Both the position numbers and the translations under genes were made by a program. Below are positions 13,385 to 28,780 of a stretch of DNA of 64,000 bases, piece after piece. The notes below the pieces were generated by a model that was not told the origin of the DNA, ran no database searches, and saw only the letters and a list, made by a program, of their open reading frames with translations. This stretch comes from Auanema rhodensis (lineage: Eukaryota > Animalia > Nematoda): the NCBI GenBank assembly GCA_964057225.1, contig OZ059895.1:15438001-15502000 (forward strand). The letters are read 5' to 3'. Positions within the stretch are counted from its first letter, which is position 1. Every line of letters starts with the position of its first letter.

Positions 13385-15063
13385 CTTATTTAACATTTCT
13401 TGAAACTTGATAATCCCTTCTTATTCTCTTTACCTAGTATTTCTCCCCCCCCCCCTCTCTCTCAATCTCTCTCTTTCAATCTCGTGTGCTACTCCTCCTT
13501 CCTCTTCATTCCCATCTCTTTTAAAAAAAAAAAAAATTATTTTTCAACAAATCTTTTTTATCTCTAATTTCTTAATTATAAATCATAAATCATTATATAA
13601 CTTCATTTCATTGTATTGTTTTCTAAAAATATTTGAAAAAGATCCGGAAGTCATGATCATAGATGATATATATTTGAGAAATCATACATACATTTCATAC
13701 AAATTAATGATTTCTTACATGTTTTTCAATGAAAAATCATTTTCTTTTTAACAAAAAAAGAAGAAGAAAAGAAATGACATACATGTACTATATACTATAC
13801 ATAGATATCTTATAGTAATATGATTAATCAGAAAATACATTTTGATCGATCAATTCAATGAATTAACAAAAACTTTTTATAAACTATATGTATATTACAT
13901 AGTATAAGTAAGTTAAATAGTTTCTAAGAAGTTATATATATAATACATTTATTTATAATATAATGATATATATATATATTAACTATACATATATAGTTAA
14001 TAGATATAATAATCTATTAAAACATATAAACATCTGTTTCTAATATTCTCTTTTTCTTCTTTTTTTCTTTTTTGAATTATCAACATACAAATGAATTTGA
14101 TTTGATAAAATATGAATAGAAAGAGAGAGAATCAATTCAAGTGAGAAATCAAAAATCACATAACTTTATTTGTTTTTTCTTTTTCTTTTTTCTTTTCAAA
14201 ACTAAAAGTTTATTTATAATAATATTATATTAACTATACATATAATATAATATAATATATAGATAACTATATATAGACAACCGTTCATCATCACGTATGT
14301 ATATTCAAATGATTTTTAATCAACATATTCTAATATGATGCTGTCTCTTCACGTGATATTCACGTGAATATACGTGTAAATGACGTTAAACGTTTATAAA
14401 ATATCAACAAAAAAAAACATATTATCTATCTATATATGAATATACTATACATATAATTAATATAGTATACTATATAGTATATTTGAATATATATATATAA
14501 GTATAATAAATTTATTTATAGTAATATCTATTGATAAATATTTGAAATATAAAGAAATGATAATATTATACTATATATAGATATGTAGATATACTCTAAT
14601 ATACTATATATAGTATAATATAGTATATATAGTATAACAACATAATTTAAATTTTAATCTAATATTATTTATTATACAATAATAATAATAAATATTATAA
14701 TATTATAATAAATTTACTTATATATATAGTATATATAGTAACTATTCATATATTATATTACTATACTATATGCATATAGTTAGTTTATTTCTATAATTAT
14801 TTTCTTTTTTTTTCTTTTTTTTTTTGGATATAAATTAATAGTTAGCAGATATACATATAAGGATTTATTTAAACTATTTTCATTATAATTAGATGCAAAA
14901 GATGAAATGATAATGAATATGAGATGAATTGACGACACACGGTTTCGATCTTTCCAAAGACTATGACGTCATTGTCCTGTATATCCTATTTTCATATATT
15001 TCATTATGCATAATTTGGTTGTGACTTTTTCATATATATATATGTATATCTTAACATCTATAT

Positions 15064-15141
<78 letters not shown>

Positions 15142-15810
15142 ATCTTGAGACGATTAACTATAACACATTTTCTCATACAATATACTACCGGAAACAGTTT
15201 TATTCAAAGTCACCCAAGTCCCGCCTAATCTTACTCCCCCACTGTTTCTCTTCTCTCTCTCTCCCTCTCTCTCCCTCTCTCTCTCTATGTAAAGAGGAGA
15301 AAATCTAAGAAATTTTCATTTATTGTATTGTATATATAGTTTTTCTTATAAACTTAACTATATATTTATTTATTATTATTAAATATTTTTGTATTCAATG
15401 TCGTTGTGCTTTCATATGAAATTTCAACACAAATCCACCAAGTTTTAAGTTTAATGAAGACTTTTTTTGGATTCTTTTTCTATTTATTTGTTTGTTTTTC
15501 TTTCTTTTTCATCATTATTTCTCTTTTGCTCTCTCTCTCTTTCTTACGTTTTCTTTCTAAATTTCTCACACTCTCGTTATCTTGAGCTTTTGCGAACTTC
15601 TGAATCTGGTCGTTCACTTCTGGTTGTCAGTGCATGTCTTTGCCGTTTTTTTCTTTTTTTCTTCTTCACTCACTTAGGTCCCGGAAATTCCATTCAGTCA
15701 GTTGGATGTTGAAAATGGTTTTGGGAGGAAAATATGATTTTGAACGTACATACTGTACTGTAGAAACAATCCACAGTAATCGGGTCGAAGCTGTTAAGAG
15801 AGAGCGCGAC

Positions 15811-15863
<53 letters not shown>

Positions 15864-16828
15864 GAGAAAGAAAGAGGGAATCACTTGAAGGTATATTCTC
15901 ATGCATGAAATCTTTACTATTCATATATGATTGAAGCTATTTGAAGCAATGAATGTGTTCGTCCCTCTCTCTGTTTACTGTTTACTCCAGCATATCCCCC
16001 CTTCTCTCTCTCTATTTCTCTCTTTCATTTTTTATGGTTTCATCCTCTTCACTTATCCCCCCCCTCCCCTGTTAACCTTTTATTGAACTTTTGGAGAGAA
16101 GAAGAAGAAGACAAAATTATTTTTCCATAAACATTCTAGAAAAAAAAAATAATTGTAGTCTTTAAAAATTGAAATATTAATAATCATTATCCCTTTTCAA
16201 TTTCTAATCTTCATGTTTCATCTTGTTTTTGCTTTCCATTTTAATTGGCCAATCTAAGAAGCATCATCATCATCATCATGTTATCATGTTTCAACACACT
16301 CTCACTTCCATATATGGATATGAATCATTGATTTGAAACCAAAAAAAAAAGAAAAAAAATTCTTTTCATTTCTCAGATTTTCCATAATACATCTTCCGGC
16401 AGCTTTTACCTGCTTCTCTTTTCATCTTTGAATGACTTTCGTTTTCATAAAAACTTCTTTCACATACAATCTCATCAGAATGATCATGTTAACCGTAATG
16501 TTCCATCATCAGTTGCACATGGGCAAATACGGAAAAAGCAAATATTTTCAATTTTTCTTCCTTTTTACTTTTCCTTCTCCTCCTCCTCCTCTTCCTTCTT
16601 CTTCTCTTCTTCTTCTTCTTCTTTTTTTCATTTCTTCACTCTTAATGCTTTCTATCCTTTTCATTCGAGTTTGATTCATCTCCGTAGTTCCGGTTCAGTT
16701 AAGTTCTCCAGAAACTCTAATTCTTCTATTTGAGTCTTTGGAGTAACTGAGACGATTACACATCCAGCTGGTTCAGCTGAAAACAGAACGACTTGTGAGT
16801 GAGCCAAGTATTCCTTTAGAATGATGAG

Positions 16829-17143
<315 letters not shown>

Positions 17144-18716
17144 AGTACTGTCAAGTATGAGCTACTTCTAAAACTTCAGTCGTCAATTCAAATGCTAGTA
17201 AACTGTTCAGTGGTCTACCATGTATATAGTATGTTATATGGCCATTTGATTAGCTGAAAAACGAACATTAAAGCTTAAAGCATGATGCTGTTCAAGCTGT
17301 AAAAGCTATATATTGAGTAGTGTATGTAATCATTGTCGTTGATCACATGATAAGCATCTGATGTTGATTAAATCAACGCTTTTCATCTGAATATCTTGTT
17401 TAGAAAGAGTTAATAGTCATTGGTTATTTCAATATTTCATATTTGGCGAAGAAAATCTTATATCTCATAATCCATTTAATGTGTTATCTCTTCTTTTCTC
17501 TTATGCAAATCTTATTATTATTCTTCATCTTCACGCTTTTCTCTATATTGTCGTATCCCTCTCTCTCTCTCTCTCTCTCTTTCTCTCTTATTATCCCTCT
17601 CTCTCTATATATATTTATCGTTTTCTCTCTCTTTCTGTCTCTCCTGATAGCCTCAGGTGGTTCCAGTTTTCAACACCCTTTCTTCTGTACACGTCGTCTA
17701 TATTGGTGCCGAAGATGTGATGATGATGGCGACGTCGTGCATAGTGCTGCTGAATGATAATGATAGTCTACAACCATCCGGTAGAGATGCGAATTTCAGC
17801 ACTATCAGCATGATTCTCGTCATTAGCATCATCTTCAGCTCAATGTTGTCGTTGTCGTCGTTCTCATCTCAAAATGTGCCAAATAGCGTGACCCACACAA
17901 GCATCACAACGTTGTCAGAATATCGAAAGGCTCTATTTACAGTCAGCGACGACAAACCTGCTCTGGCTTCAATCAAAGCAAACACTGACGTCACATCCCG
18001 GTCGCTACCGGCCGATTAAACACAGGATTATTGCCTTCTAGGCGAACAGCCTTCTGCATCATTTTATACAGCCGTTTAAGAATATTATCTTACAGCTTCG
18101 TGCTAGATGATGAAGATGGGTTAGACGTAAACTGTTCTTCTGATGTCTGAGCACGGCTCTCTGGAAGAGAAGGCTAGATTTACGTGTCTGACAACAGGTG
18201 CTCATACGGCTTCTGATGCTTCTCGCAGTCAAATATCAACAATAGTAAGGAGCTCTTTGATTGCTGTCAAGTTTGAAATGATCTTTTGGCTAATTTTCAC
18301 GTGTTTCGTCAACCAGCCGGCATCCCTTGTTTTCTAGTTTCCGGTCCGGCTTCCGGTTTCACGTGCAACTGACTTAGTGCCTCGGACACAATGACGAAAA
18401 GCTCCGACGACGAGACACGAGCGACGACGACGACCACAATTCCGGATAGCTGGATGGATGGTCGTTGAATTCTCGTCTAATCGTTTCGTTTTCTCTCCTT
18501 TAATACATGTCTTCAGATTTTTTGTATTTTCTCTGAGCAAAGTGAAGTCGAAGAAGAGCTTCCGGCGAATTAAGGAGAAAAGAAGTCAGAAGCTCTAGTC
18601 GATAGTTTCTCATTTCGGTTCTGCTCCTTCATCACATGCTTCATACATAGAGTGGTTGAACTTGGGAACTATTGCTAACTTTCGATCCGTATTCGTTCTA
18701 TCTCTCTATCTCTCTC

Positions 18717-18768
<52 letters not shown>

Positions 18769-20509
18769 GTATTCCCTCACTTCCCTATGTCTGTTATCCA
18801 TCTTTCCACCTTTGATTTCATAGCCTTTTCATATATTTTTTTTTATTCCTTAATGAATTTATCGCTTTAAAACCCTTTTCTATTAAACATTTTTGATATT
18901 TAACTGTTCAAGTTGCTGTAGTATTCATTCATTTCACACCTCTCCCCCTTCATTTCCCCCCTTCTTCAAGAACTGGATTCATAGTCTGTTTCCATTCTGA
19001 AAAAGTAAACCATAATTCAACTTCACATTCAATTTCACTTCTTCATCTTCGTCATCTTCTTCTTCATCTTCTTCTGCGCTTTCGTGGTCTTCAATCCTCA
19101 CCACATCTTGTTATTCACCTCTCATGTTCGTCGTCGTCGTCGTCATCAGCCTCCTCGCGCATCTCATCGTTGTTCACCTGCTGTCGCCATGGTTATACAT
19201 TCTTCTTCTTCTTCTCCTCCTCCTCCTCCTCTTCCTCATCCGTCTCATCTCGTTCAGCCTTGTCTCATCTTCAGCATCATTTCGTCGTTATTGTCTCAGA
19301 CTGATTTCCTGTATTTACGTGAAGATCCATCAGCACAATATCAGAAACCCACTTCACACTCTTCAACACACTCACGCATTCATAAGTTTTACATACATCG
19401 TTGCTGTTGTTGTTTCCTGTTTTTGTTGTTCCAAACATGATCGTTTAAACTGATTTTCATGTATATTGGGGCTAATTTCCTGCACCTCGCCACTGACTCT
19501 TCCACTCTATTCTCTCTCTCCCTCTCTCCCTCTCTCCCTCTCTCTCTCTCTCTCTCTGTCTAATTCCCTCTCCTTCTCTTTCAATTGTCTCTTCTATATC
19601 TGCCATTTAAAATAGCAACACGTTGTTTGAGTACAAATGTCCCAAAAGCATTTATAGCTTGTTTCGTCTCATCAGCACCAGCCGCCATAGATGTTATCTA
19701 CCTATAAGTCCTTGTTCTTTCTTCTTCATCCATTTTCTTTTAAATTCTCTCTACTTTACAACAATAATCGTACTTCCTCTCCTTCTCCATGCATGCATCC
19801 AATCCATTCATTCATCCTTTCATCATACCTCTCTCCTACTGCCTTCATTCCGTACTTACATCTGTGCATTCATGTGTCTGTACTTCATTCAAATTCACCT
19901 CTTCATGTTATTTCTCAAGAAATTTCATCGTCTTCTCATATCTTTTCTTAACTATATCGTATACGTAACTACCACATACCGTATTCAAACTATCTGTTCT
20001 TTAGTGCGTTCAAAGTCTTTCTGCTCACATGCTTTACCTTCTGACCATATATGCTCTTCCAATCTAGACAAGCATGACCTCTAACTATGCTTTGACGATC
20101 ATGACTGATCAAAGAACATCTTTACTAGTTTTAGGTATAATATACTCTGTTATCTAACTATATAATCAAATTTATAATGAATTCGTCTTTAATTCTTTCT
20201 AGTACACCTCTCATCCTCATCATCATCATCATCTTCATAACTTCCTCCTTCAACTTCAATTATAAACAGATTTTGGGTCATCTTTTCTTATAATTAACAA
20301 CTAATTTTATTCAATAATTATTATTATTTAGCTTATTAATTACATATCTTATTTTTATTTTATATATATTACTTCAAGTATACGCATAATTAGCATATTT
20401 AACTTTATTCTTGTATGCTAATTTGGCCCTCACATACAGTTACACCACACTTCATACGCACATGAACACATCATCATTTGAATTCATGTACAGATGAAGA
20501 ACGGTTGTT

Positions 20510-20622
<113 letters not shown>

Positions 20623-20933
20623 ATCAATATCTCCTTTTCATTTTCGTTCTTCCAAGTTAACGCAAACAATTCTGGAACTTTGGACTGAATAGTCAGGTTT
20701 TCGTATTTATCATTTAAAAGCTTGATAATAATCATTTCCATCATGATGATCATCGTTATGGGATATTCTATTCTATGCTGTGATGTTCATTCCGTGTAAC
20801 CCCCCCCCCCCCCCCCTCTCTCTCTCTCTCTCTCCTAATATCCATCACCATTTATCTATATACAATATATTTATGTTTGTATCTATGTTATGTCTACGTA
20901 TTACTTAGCTTCCACCCACTCATTTCTCCATCT

Positions 20934-20970
<37 letters not shown>

Positions 20971-21281
20971 CTCTATCTCTCTCTCTTGTTCTCTCTCTAT
21001 CTCTTTCTCTCTCTTGTTTATAACTGTTTCTCATAATAATAAACAAAAATAGATTAGATAATAATCATCTTCGTTTTTTCTTTTTTTTTCTTTTCTACCA
21101 TCACAATTAACCATAGAAATCTTTCTTTAAACATTGAAATAGTTCAAAATGATATATCATGCTCGTTCATTCATATCTCATAAACCTTTTCTTCATTAAT
21201 CTTTTATTATTATTTTAAATTTCATTTGTTTATGTAATCTCTCTTTCATGTTCTTCCTTTTTCTCTCTTCATATTCATATT

Positions 21282-21329
<48 letters not shown>

Positions 21330-22323
21330 ATTCCTTCTACTTTCTCTCAATGTTTACCTCATTTACCTTGTCCTCTTAACTCTTCTATTCTTGAACTTTT
21401 CTCTTTTAATTTTAAAGAAAAAGGTCATAAAACATTATATATTAACTATACAATATTTATAATTTACAAATTGAATATGTGTATATTTCAATGTATGTGC
21501 CATAGCTCATTTCTCTATGTTTTCTGTCTTTAGGCTATCTAATTCTAAAATCTTTTGAATGTTGCCGTTCAGAATTCATTTGTCAATGTCCTATTACGAT
21601 ATTCTTCTGAACTTCGTTCACCTTTCCCTTTCCTCGTCCTTCTCTCTCTTTCTCTTCCTCTCTCTCTCTCTTTTTCTTTTCCTTGCCATTTGAATTTTTA
21701 TGATCAGAATATTTCGAAAATCAGCTTATCGTCCCAGCTTTTTTCCTTTTTTTGCCAATAATTTCAAAAATCTTCTCGATTTTCAAACCAAGTCAAAGCA
21801 CTTTTTCTATTAATTTCCTCTCTTTTACCTTCTTATCTTATTCTCTTTCTCTCTCTCTTTTAGTCTCTCTATATGTTTCAAATCCCCTCTTATACTGTTG
21901 GTATGCTACGATATGATTCTGAGGTTACGACGACGTCATCATCTCCTACGTTTGCTTGTTTTCGAACTTCTCATTTCCAGACGTTGTCAACGTCCTCCCC
22001 ATTATTCATACACACACACACACACACATACAAACAGTCTTCATTCAGTTAGAATCTACTGTTGCCAAATCTGAGATGCTGTTGTTCTTCTTCCTTCACA
22101 TCTTCTAAGACAATCATTTTTTCGTAAATATTCGAAATTCTCTCTGTAAATTCTGAATTTCAAAGCTGATATCAGTGTGTCTCCTGTTACGAAAGTGGAA
22201 GTGATTTACTATTTTCTCTAGGAAATCCTCTCTCTTCCCCCCCCCCCTCTCTTTTCTCTCCGCGGACAGTCGAGGACGAGGTTGATCTTAATGGGTGCGA
22301 ATGGGTGCAAAGAGAACTAAACT

Positions 22324-22359
<36 letters not shown>

Positions 22360-24934
22360 ACAGAAAGCCGAAAATGCGGAAAGTCTTGTCATCTGAAAAA
22401 CGACAAGAAAACTGCGTTTCTATGTCTTCATAGCCAGTTTTATCCCGACGGCAATTCAACATGGTTAATGAGCTCTTTATGAACGAAATTAAGTCTTTTT
22501 TTCTTTTTTTTTTGGTTGAAAATCTTATTTTCTGTCCCAAATTTTGATATTTCATATTGGATTGATGGACTTATTCATATTTCTCTGTAGCGTATTCTCT
22601 TACATCTCTTTCAAATATACCTGAATATGGTCTTTCTCTCCTTCATCCTCCCCCCTCCATTCTTGTCTCCCTCCCTTCCCCCTTTCTCTCTCTTTCTCAT
22701 TTATTCTTGCTTTATATAATAATTTTAATTTACTATTTGACTAACTATACATATATAGTTAACAAATTATTATTATTATTATTAGAAAAAGACAAAGGAA
22801 AATAAAAAAGAAAAATACATGGAAGAGAATCATGGCATGAAGCGGGTAAGACATGTCACACAGAGGTAAAACAGTAGAAGTGAAGAGAGAAACCCTTTTC
22901 TCTCTCTCCTCACTTTGCTCTCTCTCTCTCTCTGTATTTATAAATATATCTTTCCCTCTGCTTTTCTCTTTCTCTTATAGAGTTTACGTAACCGGTTTAA
23001 GCAGTAAATGAACTTTTGATTGTGACAAGCCATTTTCAAAAAGCTAATACTGCCTTAGGGCATGATGATCATATAACTAAGACGGTTTTCTTAATAAAAA
23101 AAACAAATCAGACGAAAACATTGAAGTGAAGCTTTCTATGTGTCACATCAAAACGTTTCATTTCCTCCATTTTTCGTCAAAACCAGCGAAAAATTAGTTG
23201 ACAAACTGTAATATGGCCAGTTTTCTCTCTCTCTCTCTCTCACTTGCTCCCTCTCCCTCTCTTCATGTTCTTCTTAAACTGGCAAGCTTGTGAGCAGTTC
23301 CAATAGAATACCAGATAGATTAAGCTATAAATCAAGAATGTTTCGATGAAAGTTTTTAGTTTAATTCAAAAACTAATAAATTTCAAAGAAATGCTCTTGT
23401 TTATTGTAAGTAGTAAGGTTCACGTTTTGTTTTTAATCAATTTTCTTCAAGTTTATATCAAAGTTTTAAGCTTTTAATCGTACAAAGTATGAAAAAGTCT
23501 ATTCACATCATTATTCAAACTGTGATAATGCTTATTTCAAATCCCAAAAAACGTGGTTAAGCTTGAAAGCGAGAGGAATAAGCTGAATTATACTTGTTGT
23601 CAGTCATTTTTCTAGTCAATCAGGGCAAGCTCGTTAGTCTCTTCTTGCTTGTCTGCCTGTCAATTTTTCCTAAAATTAGATGCACGTGGTTGATAAACGA
23701 ATCTGAAAAAATGATAAAACGAAAAGATTTTAATGAAAAATAGAAAAAAGAAGTTAGAGAGAGACAGAGAGAGAGAAAGAAAGAGAGAGAGAGATAGAGA
23801 GATCAGGCTATAAATTTGAGGGAAATGATAACGAAAGAGAGGGAGGAGATAATATCATCATGATTTGAGAGAAATTTAAGAGAATAATCAAAGGGAAAAC
23901 CCAAAAAGTGTGAAAAACATGGGCTTTTCATGAGGAACAAAGTCTGAGGCGATTGGAACAGCATAACAGCTGTTTGACTTTTCAATATAAGAGATGACCT
24001 GAGAGAGAGAGAGAGAGAGTGAGATATGAAGAGTAAATATCTTTTGAACTAAAGGAATATAATCTTTTTTTCTTTCCAATCATCTTCTTAAAGAATTTCC
24101 TCCCTTATTCTCTCTCTCTCTGTCTCTCTCGCTCTCTCTCTCTCTATTATTGAGAAAAAAAAGGTTAACAACCTTTAGTCTTATCGGTGATGATGACGAC
24201 AAGATGTTAAGAGAGAAAGAAAAAGAGAGAAAAACTCCTTTCAACCTGGTAGTTTTTCAAATTTCAAATCATTCTACTTCTCCAATTTCAATTTCTCTCA
24301 TAAACTTCTTCTTCTTCTTTCGTTCGAACCGTCTTAAAATTCTTTTGACAATGATCTTCCAAAGATTAGCATCCATCATGAGACGCAAAAACTATTTTTG
24401 ACTTTCAACTTGGAATGATCTAGTTTGCAACTTACATCAACTTGGAATGAGCATGGTCTGCTGACGTTGCTGGCTTTGTATGATACATGATAATGAACTC
24501 AAATCTTTGTTGTATAGGTGATTGAAGAAGAGAGAGAGGGAGAGAAAGAGAGAGATATGTAGAGAGAGAAAAAAATTTATGGAAAGACAACTCATATAGA
24601 CAGTCTTTGGTTTTTCTGAATCACATCGTGGATAAGATGACATCATCATCGTTACTGAGGCCATATCACACTGCTTGTTCGTTGTCTTCAGATGCCATAA
24701 CCCCTTTCCTTTCCCCTACTTCGTCCTTCTTCTTCTTCTTCTTATGTTTCCTCTCCCTTCATATTGCTTTCTTCTGTAATCAAGACAGATCTTCTTGATG
24801 ATGACGATGACGATGACGCGAGAAAACGATACACTTTCGCATAGAAAAGCAATCAGTTAGTCACAATCAGGAAAGAAATATGAACAGAAAAAAACTTCGA
24901 CGATTTCAGCTTTTGCTCCAGCTTGAATTGAAAA

Positions 24935-24982
<48 letters not shown>

Positions 24983-26729
24983 AGAATCAAATATTTTGTA
25001 TGAGTAGAAGAGCCACGCGACCACGTTGCCTTCTGGTCGATGCGGTGAAGAGACTACGACGACGACGTGCTTTTCGATCATCGGCAATCCGGAGTCAATG
25101 AGGTTAAGACGAGAGACAATAGCTTCGAAAGAGTGAGAGAGTGAGTGAAGATATAAGCCGACAAGTGAGAGATGGAACGTTTTTGTATGAGCTTATCTTT
25201 CCGGTCAAACCGGTCGCTCTTCCGGTTAGCACCTTCTGGTTGTCCTTCTCTCACAACACAGCTTACTGCTTCTCTTTCTCTCTCTCTCTTTCTCCTTTTC
25301 TCTTTTTCTCTCTCTATGTCTCGCTCTCTCTATCTGTCATTGTCTCTATTTTCACAAACTATGCTCAGAAAGCGCGATCTACGAGCGTTGACGAGCAGAA
25401 GCATGTACTCCGGTTACGGTAGAAGTCGTCATCATGGAAGGCATATTACGAAAGTAAACACGAATCTTGTGCCGTAATGAGCTTAAGCTTGAGAACTACA
25501 TAAGCTACAATCGACGTCATCAACAGGTTGTACCTGATAATCAGCTATCTGAAGCATTTTCAACTCAGCTGCCAGTCACACATTCGGTTGCTACATCCTA
25601 CTATACTCAGTCTGATCCTCATCACATGAGTTCTGTGATGATGAACATCTTCATCTTTGTCTTCTTTTCCATCATCTAACCCCATGGAGTTGAGTTGCAT
25701 GCTGTTGTCTCATTCATCACATCAGCCAGCGAATATCAAGCTTGTGGTCGTTGGGTCGGCTGTGTGTCAAACAACGGCGGCTACACCATTCTCCATACTC
25801 ATCCTTTGAACTCTAAACATCCATATCAATGAACTCAAGTTCGAACTTCCAATTACTGTGACATCACCTACCTGCCAGCTTCTATTACCCTCAACATCCA
25901 ATCGCTTGAGTCTTTGATCTTTGAACGAATATCCCCTCCCCCTTTTTTGCTGACTAACTATTCTAATGACGAATGAAGGAGAAATTGTGAATAAGAGAGT
26001 ATTCATTATAAAGAGATAGAGAGAAAAAGAGAGAGAGAGAGAGAGAAATTGGAGAGTTAAAGAGAGTTAGAGAAAGAGAGATATAGAAGAACACAGTAAA
26101 TGAAATGTTATATGAAGAGAATGAGTAGTGTAAGTAGTTTGGTGATCGGGTTTGATATCCTAACACTATAGAAAAGACAATTTTAAAGAGAGTAAGATAC
26201 AGAGAGATACATAGAGAAAGAAGGGTAGATTTGGAGAGATTTGGAAAGATACAGAGAGATATATAGAGAGAGAGAAACTCTTTTGTTTGTTTGATTTCTT
26301 CATCTATTAGCCTAATCCAGTCTTTCATTATCATTCATTATAATTTCTTTTTAACTGTAATTTTCCTCTTCATCACCAAAATAAACTTTTTCTTTTCTTT
26401 TTTCTTCTTTTTTAAAAAAAAAAATAAAATAACAAAGCTAATTAGATGATAATGATGATGATGATGATGTACTTTGTTGTAAAATTTGGACTACTCTGAC
26501 ATGTTTTGAACAAAAAAATTTCAGCTTCAAGTCTAGACCCCCCATTCTCTCTCTCTCTCTCTCTTTCTCTCCCTCTTTTCCTCTCTCTTTCTTTCTCTCT
26601 TTCTCGCTCCCTCCTTTTCTCCCTCTCTGTCTCTTTCTCTTTTTTTCTTGCAATTGAGACAACATTCCAATCACAGTAATTGATGATGACTTCAGATGCT
26701 TAATGCTGTTTTCAATCCATATGCTTCAG

Positions 26730-26779
<50 letters not shown>

Positions 26780-27243
26780 CCTATGGCTATTGAGCTCGTT
26801 ATGAGATGAATTACAGTAGAAACATGAAAATTGCTATTTGATTGTCAACACTCATCACTTAGTCAGAACATCATGATGAAAGTATAGTATGTATTTCATT
26901 AGAGTGCTCATGTTTGTATACATGCCCGTATGTGTCCACTGATAGCCATGCTGAGGACAAGTTCGACACCATGCTTGTGTATGATCTCCCCCCCCCCTCT
27001 CTCTCTCTGTGCTGTATGTGTCATCAAGCATCATCTGAATCATTCTGATTAGCACAGTACTTAGAAAATACATGTACTGACGACGTAAAGCTTAAATACA
27101 AAAGAAGCATAAGACGATCAATCTTTGGAAAAGGCATCATCACAAGCAACGTAATTGATCCTGCCAACATCAACAGCCTTCTCTCTCTCTCTCCCTCTCT
27201 GTATGTTTTGGTCATCTTTATCTTCCAATAGCTATTACTATTA

Positions 27244-27310
<67 letters not shown>

Positions 27311-27497
27311 ATTCTTCCTCATCTCTCTCTATATATACTATTTGTATAGTTTATTATTCTTTTTAGTCTTATCTTTTTTTTTCGAAAAGTTTATTATCTT
27401 ATCATCATGTCTATATGTATATTCAGAAGCTTTATACAGTTTCTTGCTATTCTCTTGTATCAGTATCATTACTTTGCATATCAGCCTCTCTTTCCTT

Positions 27498-27546
<49 letters not shown>

Positions 27547-28688
27547 CCTCTCTCTCTCTATCTCTCTCTCTCTTTTACTTTTCTAATACTTTTTTACCAT
27601 TTCTCTATCTATTGTACTCTACCTGATAACCATAATCATTTTCCTTTCTATATTCCGGATAATCACAGACATCTCTTATCAAGAAATTCCAAAAAGAATC
27701 TGGAATTCTATTCTCTTTCATCAGCTAGTACTATTATTCCATTCATTATTAGCTATTTCTCAATCATATCTTACGTACATCATGACGAATACTCTGTTGC
27801 CACTGCTGATAATCTAGAAAGCTTTGAATGCGCTTCAACATCACGTCCAACCTTGCTTTTCATGTCTTCAGATGAAACATGAGAATCATATACTGCATAT
27901 TCAAAATCATCTGAATCATCTGTAACGTTCATATGAACGATACAGAAGTTGGCAAATGGCGAACATCTAACGAACGATGACATCAATGACGACAGCGACG
28001 TCGACAACGACGACAACGATGGCCGAACTTGTTGTTGTAAAACTTCCCGTTTCTCTTCGTTATTTTGTCGTTTTTTTTTCTTTTAAAATACAAAAATAAT
28101 GTATATTATATCGTATAGTATAGTATAGTATTGTATACTATACATATAGTTTACTATGCACTATATGATATGGTTAACTGTTTTCTTTCAAATTCTGGAA
28201 ATTAATTTGTTTGTTGTTCATCTTGTGTTGCACATGCAACACTTACTCTTACTCTTACGTTCCTTCTCTTATCTCTCCAAATTGTCTTCGTTTTTCACAA
28301 AAAAAAGGCCAAACGAGCGGAACTTTGACCAGCCCCAGCCATCCAAACAGAACAACAACAAGCATAGTTATGTTTCATTTCAACCTTTTTTTGCTTTACT
28401 ATGCGCTTTATTCACATGCTTCTCATGCTGCTGCTTCTTCTTCTTCTTATTCTTCTTCATGTGTAGCGCCTGTTCCCTGTTCTTCACTTCATGATGCTTC
28501 AGACAGGGACACGTAAACTCAACTTCAAGTTCATGCTCAAACTCAAGCTTTAACATCATAACGTTTACTGTGTAATTTTACTTTTTTTACTTATTTGGTT
28601 GTTTCAATCTTACTTCGGTTCTCTTCTTCATCATTTAAGTTATTCAGTATCATTTAGGTCGCTTGACCGTCCTACTTGTTTCTCTTCA

Positions 28689-28780
<92 letters not shown>

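Noticed and set aside
16676-16776. Minus-strand TTTTCAG followed by EPAGCVIVSVTPKTQIEELEFLENLTEPELRR*
   Set aside because: It is an isolated candidate exon; nearby upstream candidates contain stops or have the wrong phase.
17741-17805. Hairpin ATAGTGCTG...CAGCACTAT with ATGA/AA/GA, SECIS-like
   Set aside because: Helix II is too short and poorly paired, and there is no in-frame-TGA gene upstream.
25361-25453. MLRKRDL... ATG-to-GT segment as an alternative first exon of the kinase
   Set aside because: Its phase 0 donor is incompatible with the kinase acceptors at 41410 and 42314.
27780-28016. Minus-strand 78-aa ORF that looks like a terminal exon
   Set aside because: No compatible upstream exons or homology were found, and the opposite strand is equally open.
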